DNA of 64,000 nt from Macrostomum lignano (lineage: Eukaryota). Position 1 is the stretch's first letter; every line of letters begins with the position of its first letter. The translations under genes were made by a program, and so were the position numbers. Under the pieces are notes generated by a model, which ran no database searches, had not been told where the DNA came from, and worked only from the letters and a program-made list of their open reading frames with translations. This document shows, in pieces, positions 55,385-64,000 of this stretch. Location of the stretch: contig NIVC01002610.1 of assembly GCA_002269645.1 (NCBI GenBank), positions 1 to 64,000 on the forward strand, read 5' to 3'.

Positions 55385-58300
55385 AGAGACAATGGAAAAT
55401 AAAATTTGACCAGACCATTGACATCCGAAGCGAAAAGCTGCAGAGAAAAGAATGCATCAAACCACTCTGTAAAGCTACTGGAAAAGAGCTGGAGCAGCGC
55501 ATCATTGAATGCGTCATTGTAATACTGGAAGAGCACATCCGTAAAAACCTAGATGGCATTGTGGAAAACAGCATTGAACAAGCAAAAAAATTCATTGGAA
55601 AAACATTTAAAACCGCACATAAAGAAAATACAGCTAATAAAAAGATACCATCCATCAAAAATAAAAATATTGAAGAATCCGAAAAAGCCGGAATAAAGAA
55701 ATTCATGAAGAAGACTAAAGTCACTGCTACAGACTCCGGTGTGGAGCTAGCTAATGCAGACACAAAACTAGCGGTCAGGACTGGCGACTCTGGAGTGAGT
55801 GTGGCCGTTCAGCACAAAGACATCGCTCTCGGCGTGTCTCACGGATCGGACGGTTCTACAGAAGTGGCCGCGAGCAAGGGCGACAGCAAACTAGCGGTCA
55901 AGGCTGGCGACTCTGGAGTGAGTGTGGCCGTTCAGCACAAAGACATCGCTCTCGGCGTGTCTCACGGATCGGACGGTTCTACAGAAGTGGCCGCGAGCAA
56001 GGGCGACAGCAAACTAGCGGTCAAGGCTGGCGACTCTGGAGTGAGTGTGGCCGCTCAGCACAAAGACATCGCTCTCGGCGTGTCTCACGGATCGGACAGT
56101 TCTACAGAAGTGGCCGCGAGCAAGGGCGACAGCAAACTAGCGGTCAAGGCTGGCGACTCTGGAGTGAGTGTGGCCGCTCAGCACAAAGACATCGCTCTCG
56201 GCGTGTCTCACGGATCGGACGGTTCTACAGAAGTGGCCGCGAGCAAGGGCGACAGCAAACTAGCGGTCAAGGCTGGCGACTCTGGAGTGAGTGTGGCCGC
56301 TCAGCACAAAGACATCGCTCTCGGCGTGTCTCACGGATCGGACGGTTCTACAGAAGTGGCCGCGAGCAAAAGCGACAGCAAACTAGCGGTCAAGGCTGGC
56401 GACTCTGGAGTGAGTGTGGCCGCTCAGCACAAAGACATCGCTCTCGGCGTGTCTCACGGATCGGACAGTTCTACAGAAGTGGCCGCGAGCAAGGGCGACA
56501 GCAAACTAGCGGTCAAGGCTGGCGACTCTGGAGTGAGTGTGGCCGCTCAGCACAAAGACATCGCTCTCGGCGTGTCTCACGGATCGGACAGTTCTACAGA
56601 AGTGGCCGCGAGCAAGGGCGACAGCAAACTAGCGGTCAAGGCTGGCGACTCTGGAGTGAGTGTGGCCGCTCAGCACAAAGACATCGCTCTCGGCGTGTCT
56701 CACGGATCGGACAGTTCTACAGAAGTGGCCGCGAGCAAGGGCGACAGCAAACTAGCGGTCAAGGCTGGCGACTCTGGAGTGAGTGTGGCCGCTCAGCACA
56801 AAGACATCGCTCTCGGCGTGTCTCACGGATCGGACAGTTCTACAGAAGTGGCCGCGAGCAAGGGCGACAGCAAACTAGCGGTCAAGGCTGGCGACTCTGG
56901 AGTGAGTGTGGCCGCTCAGCACAAAGACATCGCTCTCGGTGTGTCTCACGGATCGGACAGTTCTACAGAAGTGGCCGCGAGCAAGGGCGACAGCAAACTA
57001 GCGGTCAAGGCTGGCGACTCTGGAGTGAGTGTGGCCGCTCAGCACAAAGACATGGCTCTCGGCGTGTCTCACGGATCGGACAGTTCTACAGAAGTGGCCG
57101 CGAGCAAGGGCGACAGCAAACTAGCGGTCAAGGCTGGCGACTCTGGAGTGAGTGTGGCCGCTCAGCACAAAGACATCGCTCTCGCGTGTCTCACGGATCG
57201 GACAGTTCTACAGAAGTGGCCGCGAGCAAGGGCGACAGCAAACTAGCGGTCAAGGCTGGCGACTCTGGAGTGAGTGTGGCCGCTCAGCACAAAGACATCG
57301 CTCTCGGCGTGTCTCACGGATCGGACAGTTCTACAGAAGTGGCCGCGAGCAAGGGCGACAGCAAACTAGCGGTCAAGGCTGGCGACTCTGGAGTGAGTGT
57401 GGCCGCTCAGCACAAAGACATCGCTCTCGGCGTGTCTCACGGATCGGACGGTTCTACAGAAGTGGCCGCGAGCAAGGGCGACAGCAAACTAGCGGTCAAG
57501 GCTGGCGACTCTGGAGTGAGTGTGGCCGCTCAGCACAAAGACATCGCTCTCGGCGTGTCTCACGGATCGGACGGTTCTACAGAAGTGGCCGCGAGCAAGC
57601 GACAGCAAACTAGCGGTCAAGGCTGGCGACTCTGGAGTGAGTGTGGCCGCTCAGCACAAAGACATCGCTCTCGGCGTGTCTCACGGATCGGACGGTTCTA
57701 CAGAAGTGGCCGCGAGCAAGGGCGACAGCAAACTAGCGGTCAAGGCTGGCGACTCTGGAGTGAGTGTGGCCGCTCAGCACAAAGACATCGCTCTCGGCGT
57801 GTCTCACGGATCGGACAGTTCTACAGAAGTGGCCGCGAGCAAGGGCGACAGCAAACTAGCGGTCAAGGCTGGCGACTCTGGAGTGAGTGTGGCCGCTCAG
57901 CACAAAGACATCGCTCTCGGCGTGTCTCACGGATCGGACAGTTCTACAGAAGTGGCCGCGAGCAAGGGCGACAGCAAACTAGCGGTCAAGGCTGGCGACT
58001 CTGGAGTGAGTGTGGCCGCTCAGCACAAAGACATCGCTCTCGGTGTGTCTCACGGATCGGACAGTTCTACAGAAGTGGCCGCGAGCAAGGGCGACAGCAA
58101 ACTAGCGGTCAAGGCTGGCGACTCTGGAGTGAGTGTGGCCGCTCAGCACAAAGACATGGCTCTCGGCGTGTCTCACGGATCGGACAGTTCTACAGAAGTG
58201 GCCGCGAGCAAGGGCGACAGCAAACTAGCGGTCAAGGCTGGCGACTCTGGAGTGAGTGTGGCCGCTCAGCACAAAGACATCGCTCTCGGCGTGTCTCACG

Positions 58301-61300
58301 GATCGGACAGTTCTACAGAAGTGGCCGCGAGCAAGGGCGACAGCAAACTAGCGGTCAAGGCTGGCGACTCTGGAGTGAGTGTGGCCGCTCAGCACAAAGA
58401 CATCGCTCTCGGCGTGTCTCACGGATCGGACAGTTCTACAGAAGTGGCCGCGAGCAAGGGCGACAGCAAACTAGCGGTCAAGGCTGGCGACTCTGGAGTG
58501 AGTGTGGCCGCTCAGCACAAAGACATCGCTCTCGGCGTGTCTCACGGATCGGACGGTTCTACAGAAGTGGCCGCGAGCAAGGGCGACAGCAAACTAGCGG
58601 TCAAGGCTGGCGACTCTGGAGTGAGTGTGGCCGCTCAGCACAAAGACATCGCTCTCGGCGTGTCTCACGGATCGGACGGTTCTACAGAAGTGGCCGCGAG
58701 CAAGCGACAGCAAACTAGCGGTCAAGGCTGGCGACTCTGGAGTGAGTGTGGCCGCTCAGCACAAAGACATCGCTCTCGGCGTGTCTCACGGATCGGACGG
58801 TTCTACAGAAGTGGCCGCGAGCAAGCGACAGCAAACTAGCGGTCAAGGCTGGCGACTCTGGAGTGAGTGTGGCCGCTCAGCACAAAGACATCGCTCTCGG
58901 CGTGTCTCACGGATCGGACAGTTCTACAGAAGTGGCCGCGAGCAAGGGCGACAGCAAACTAGCGGTCAAGGCTGGCGACTCTGGAGTGAGTGTGGCCGCT
59001 CAGCACAAAGACATGGCTCTCGGCGTGTCTCACGGATCGGACGGTTCTACAGAAGTGGCCGCGAGCAAGGGCGACAGCAAACTAGCGGTCAAGGCTGGCG
59101 ACTCTGGAGTGAGTGTGGCCGCTCAGCACAAAGACATCGCTCTCGGCGTGTCTCACGGATCGGACAGTTCTACAGAAGTGGCCGCGAGCAAGCGACAGCA
59201 AACTAGCGGTCAAGGCTGGCGACTCTGGAGTGAGTGTGGCCGCTCAGCACAAAGACATGGCTCTCGGCGTGTCTCACGGATCGGACAGTTCTACAGAAGT
59301 GGCCGCGAGCAAGGGCGACAGCAAACTAGCGGTCAAGGCTGGCGACTCTGGAGTGAGTGTGGCCGCTCAGCACAAAGACATCGCTCTCGGCGTGTCTCAC
59401 GGATCGGACGGTTCTACAGAAGTGGCCGCGAGCAAGCGACAGCAAACTAGCGGTCAAGGCTGGCGACTCTGGAGTGAGTGTGGCCGCTCAGCACAAAGAC
59501 ATCGCTCTCGGCGTGTCTCACGGATCGGACAGTTCTACAGAAGTGGCCGCGAGCAAGGGCGACAGCAAACTAGCGGTCAAGGCTGGCGACTCTGGAGTGA
59601 GTGTGGCCGCTCAGCACAAAGACATGGCTCTCGGCGTGTCTCACGGATCGGACGGTTCTACAGAAGTGGCCGCGAGCAAGGGCGACAGCAAACTAGCGGT
59701 CAAGGCTGGCGACTCTGGAGTGAGTGTGGCCGCTCAGCACAAAGACATCGCTCTCGGCGTGTCTCACGGATCGGACAGTTCTACAGAAGTGGCCGCGAGC
59801 AAGGGCGACAGCAAACTAGCGGTCAAGGCTGGCGACTCTGGAGTGAGTGTGGCCGCTCAGCACAAAGACATCGCTCTCGGCGTGTCTCACGGATCGGACA
59901 GTTCTACAGAAGTGGCCGCGAGCAAGGGCGACAGCAAACTAGCGGTCAAGGCTGGCGACTCTGGAGTGAGTGTGGCCGCTCAGCACAAAGACATGGCTCT
60001 CGGCGTGTCTCACGGATCGGACAGTTCTACAGAAGTGGCCGCGAGCAAGGGCGACAGCAAACTAGCGGTCAAGGCTGGCGACTCTGGAGTGAGTGTGGCC
60101 GCTCAGCACAAAGACATCGCTCTCGGCGTGTCTCACGGATCGGACGGTTCTACAGAAGTGGCCGCGAGCAAGGGCGACAGCAAACTAGCGGTCAAGGCTG
60201 GCGACTCTGGAGTGAGTGTGGCCGCTCAGCACAAAGACATCGCTCTCGGCGTGTCTCACGGATCGGACGGTTCTACAGAAGTGGCCGCGAGCAAAAGCGA
60301 CAGCAAACTAGCGGTCAAGGCTGGCGACTCTGGAGTGAGTGTGGCCGCTCAGCACAAAGACATCGCTCTCGGCGTGTCTCACGGATCGGACGGTTCTACA
60401 GAAGTGGCCGCGAGCAAGCGACAGCAAACTAGCGGTCAAGGCTGGCGACTCTGGAGTGAGTGTGGCCGCTCAGCACAAAGACATCGCTCTCGGCGTGTCT
60501 CACGGATCGGACAGTTCTACAGAAGTGGCCGCGAGCAAGGGCGACAGCAAACTAGCGGTCAAGGCTGGCGACTCTGGAGTGAGTGTGGCCGCTCAGCACA
60601 AAGACATGGCTCTCGGCGTGTCTCACGGATCGGACGGTTCTACAGAAGTGGCCGCGAGCAAGGGCGACAGCAAACTAGCGGTCAAGGCTGGCGACTCTGG
60701 AGTGAGTGTGGCCGCTCAGCACAAAGACATCGCTCTCGGCGTGTCTCACGGATCGGACAGTTCTACAGAAGTGGCCGCGAGCAAAAGCGACAGCAAACTA
60801 GCGGTCAAGGCTGGCGACTCTGGAGTGAGTGTGGCCGCTCAGCACAAAGACATGGCTCTCGGCGTGTCTCACGGATCGGACAGTTCTACAGAAGTGGCCG
60901 CGAGCAAGGGCGACAGCAAACTAGCGGTCAAGGCTGGCGACTCTGGAGTGAGTGTGGCCGCTCAGCACAAAGACATCGCTCTCGGCGTGTCTCACGGATC
61001 GGACGGTTCTACAGAAGTGGCCGCGAGCAAGCGACAGCAAACTAGCGGTCAAGGCTGGCGACTCTGGAGTGAGTGTGGCCGCTCAGCACAAAGACATCGC
61101 TCTCGGCGTGTCTCACGGATCGGACAGTTCTACAGAAGTGGCCGCGAGCAAGGGCGACAGCAAACTAGCGGTCAAGGCTGGCGACTCTGGAGTGAGTGTG
61201 GCCGCTCAGCACAAAGACATGGCTCTCGGCGTGTCTCACGGATCGGACGGTTCTACAGAAGTGGCCGCGAGCAAGGGCGACAGCAAACTAGCGGTCAAGG

Positions 61301-62793
61301 CTGGCGACTCTGGAGTGAGTGTGGCCGCTCAGCACAAAGACATCGCTCTCGGCGTGTCTCACGGATCGGACAGTTCTACAGAAGTGGCCGCGAGCAAAAG
61401 CGACAGCAAACTAGCGGTCAAGGCTGGCGACTCTGGAGTGAGTGTGGCCGCTCAGCACAAAGACATGGCTCTCGGCGTGTCTCACGGATCGGACAGTTCT
61501 ACAGAAGTGGCCGCGAGCAAGGGCGACAGCAAACTAGCGGTCAAGGCTGGCGACTCTAGAGTGAGTGTGGCCGCTCAGCACAAAGACATCGCTCTCGGCG
61601 TGTCTCACGGATCGGATGGTTCTACAGAAGTGGCCGCGAGCAAAAGCGACAGCAAACTAGCGGTCAAGGCTGGCGACTCTGGAGTGAGTGTGGCCGCTCA
61701 GCACAAAGACATCGCTCTCGGCGTGTCTCACGGATCGGACAGTTCTACAGAAGTGGCCGCGAGCAAGGGCGACAGCAAACTAGCGGTCAAGGCTGGCGAC
61801 TCTGGAGTGAGTGTGGCCGCTCAGCACAAAGACATCGCTCTCGGCGTGTCTCACGGATCGGACAGTTCTACAGAAGTGGCCGCGAGCAAGGGCGACAGCA
61901 AACTAGCGGTCAAGGCTGGCGACTCTGGAGTGAGTGTGGCCGCTCAGCACAAAGACATCGCTCTCGGCGTGTCTCACGGATCGGACAGTTCTACAGAAGT
62001 GGCCGCGAGCAAGGGCGACAGCAAACTAGCGGTCAAGGCTGGCGACTCTGGAGTGAGTGTGGCCGCTCAGCACAAAGACATGGCTCTCGGCGTGTCTCAT
62101 GGATCGGACAGTTCTACAGAAGTGGCCGCGAGCAAGGGCGACAGCAAACTAGCGGTCAAGGCTGGCGACTCTAGAGTGAGTGTGGCCGCTCAGCACAAAG
62201 ACATCGCTCTCGGCGTGTCTCACGGATCGGATGGTTCTACAGAAGTGGCCGCGAGCAAAAGCGACAGCAAACTAGCGGTCAAGGCTGGCGACTCTGGAGT
62301 GAGTGTGGCCGCTCAGCACAAAGACATCGCTCTCGGCGTGTCTCACGGATCGGACAGTTCTACAGAAGTGGCCGCGAGCAAGGGCGACAGCAAACTAGCG
62401 GTCAAGGCTGGCGACTCTGGAGTGAGTGTGGCCGCTCAGCACAAAGACATCGCTCTCGGCGTGTCTCATGGATCGGACAGTTCTACAGAAGTGGCCGCGA
62501 GCAAGGGCGACAGCAAACTAGCGGTCAAGGCTGGCGACTCTGGAGTGAGTGTGGCCGCTCAGCACAAAGACATCGCTCTCGGCGTGTCTCACGGATCGGA
62601 CAGTTCTACAGAAGTGGCCGCGAGCAAGGGCGACAGCAAACTAGCGGTCAAGGCTGGCGACTCTGGAGTGAGTGTGGCCGCTCAGCACAAAGACATCGCT
62701 CTCGGCGTGTCTCATGGATCGGACAGTTCTACAGAAGTGGCCGCGAGCAAGGGCGACAGCAAACTAGCGGTCAAGGCTGGTGAATCTCTATAA
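55366..62793 (+). CDS. Repeat-containing C-terminal extension or adjacent ORF (41-aa beta-strand repeat), interrupted by small deletions as assembled
   Basis: The frame starting at 55366 runs through non-repetitive helical sequence into DSKLAVKAGDSGVSVAAQHKDIALGVSHGSDSSTEVAASKG repeats. It ends GESL* at 62793 in the same frame class. As assembled, the first stop is at 57246, after a 1-nt deletion near 57184. Confidence 0.55.
55759..62790 (+). repeat. Near-perfect 123-bp tandem array, about 57 units (~7 kb)
   Basis: Unit GACAGCAAACTAGCGGTCAAGGCTGGCGACTCTGGAGTGAGTGTGGCCGCTCAGCACAAAGACATCGCTCTCGGCGTGTCTCACGGATCGGAC(A/G)GTTCTACAGAAGTGGCCGCGAGCAAGGGC, with a handful of recurring variants. Confidence 0.98.
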
Positions 62794-63689
62794 GGACTAC
62801 CATTTTGACGTGTAATGACGGTAATATTTTGGCTATACGATTTAATCGAAAAGGACATTTTTCAGTGACGTCCTTTGACTTCCGTGTGGTTGAATACTTT
62901 TGCGGACTTCAGAGTGTCGTTGTCTAAGCGTTCGTTTGAAATTCAGTGTAGATGAAAAAAAGTGTTGAAATTAGTATTTATAGTTTCTAGTATAGCAAGT
63001 AAATCATTTAGGTCATTTTATCCACCTACATGTGCTTGTATCGTTTGAAGTAAAAACTTTTACAAGAATACAAGTACCCACTAAATTGATGCAACTTCGT
63101 TTAGGAGTTATTTGGCATTGATTTGGGGCTACTAGTTTTTATTTTATTTATAAAATAATATTAACTATTCGCATTGTAATCGTGTAATTCGTGGTTTTTC
63201 TATGGGTAAATTATGGATTTTCTATGGGTAAATTACCTTTTGGAGGAATGCAGCGACAGGTACATGTCGCTAACTTTTTATGCTATCTGCTAATAACATT
63301 TTGAGCTAAAGCTTTCCCTAAATTGCCTGACGTCAAAGTATGCAAATGAGTAAGCTTAATGATCTATAGTTAGTGGAGCGAATAATTGTGAGCAAAAACA
63401 AGAACCCTGAGCCCTTTTCGGCTAAATTTTAAAATTATTATGATCATTGTATTGTTGGACAAATTTTAGTGAAAGCACTTCTGCTCATTTTGCATGTACA
63501 AATATGTGAATGTACGACTCATATCGCACTTATCCAGAGAATTTGGAGTATTGCTAATGGTGAGTAATTTCAGTTGAAGATAATGAACTGCTTTGCCTAT
63601 TTCTTTACTATAAATACTGTTTTGTATTATTTCTGGTTTAACATTGTCAATTTTTAAAATGGCTTTAAAATCATGCAAAAACTCATGGA

Positions 63690-63841
63690 CAAAATATTGA
63701 ATTTAGGGTTTTGGTTAGGGTTAGGGTTAGGGTTAGAAGTTTTACAGGAGATTTTTTAAGATTTCAAGGCTACATGTAGCTTATTAAAAAAACGTGTATT
63801 GCATTTATTTGGCTCCCCAACGGGGGGGCGTAGATTGCTAG
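63690..63841 (+). mobile_element. Non-autonomous Helitron-like 3' end carrying a short (TTAGGG)n tract
   Basis: GC hairpin GCTCCCCAACGGGGGGGC (63812-63829) lies a few nt upstream of CTAG|T (63838-63842). TTAGGG-type repeats at 63703-63736. The 5' end is uncertain. Confidence 0.55.
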
Positions 63842-64000
63842 TAAATATTGTTTTGTATTATTTTCTGGTTTAACATTGTTAATTTTTAAAATGGCTTTAA
63901 AATCATTTGATTTCAAACACACTACTACATGTATATGTTACTGTACCTTCGTAGCTTTTTTGTCGAACGTATATCGAACGCACCAAAAGCCGAATTACAA

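Noticed and set aside
57152-61559. Overlapping ORF-track proteins containing RQQTSGQGWRLWSECG... or MWPLSTK...
   Set aside because: They are alternative-frame readings of the same 123-bp repeat, created by the small deletions, and not independent genes.
55759-62790. Array considered as a CRISPR or non-coding satellite
   Set aside because: There are no unique spacers. The unit length is a multiple of 3 and grades out of upstream coding sequence through a degenerate in-frame unit (TKVTATDSGVELANADTKLAVRTG).
29389-63736. CCCTAA-like motif at 29389-29411 and TTAGGG tract at 63703-63736 facing outward, as if the giant-gene block were an integrated telomere-capped linear element
   Set aside because: The left motif is only ~3 degenerate units, and the right tract is better explained as part of a small Helitron-like repeat. 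No shared terminal sequence or TSD was found.

Overview
Eukaryotic (animal) genomic DNA with AT-rich introns and GC-rich exons. Intronless large ORFs and TTAGGG-type motifs would fit a free-living flatworm such as Macrostomum, but that is only a guess. Left part (1-22 kb) holds housekeeping genes: a PP2A B'' regulatory subunit (minus strand, two alternative 5' exons, two apparent 1-nt frameshifts), VPS28, and a 4-exon selenoprotein F gene missed by the ORF track (in-frame TGA in ICGUKLG plus a canonical SECIS). An intronless USP31/43-like deubiquitinase sits nested on the same strand in intron 2 of that gene. At 23.2-29.1 kb is a complete hAT element (14-bp TIRs, 8-bp TSD) whose decayed transposase is spliced in frame to an N-terminal signal-peptide/lamin-tail-like domain; a related MITE lies at 11.8 kb. 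The accessory region (29.8-62.8 kb) contains a ~3100-aa beta-helix/haemagglutinin-like ORF and, divergently, a SecA-like ATPase/TPR gene that probably runs into ~57 near-identical 123-bp (41-aa beta-strand) repeats. Between them lies a Crypton-type tyrosine-recombinase element with long inverted repeats. All family assignments come from motif recognition by eye; no searches were run. Frameshifts in a conserved host gene warn that some indels may be assembly errors.
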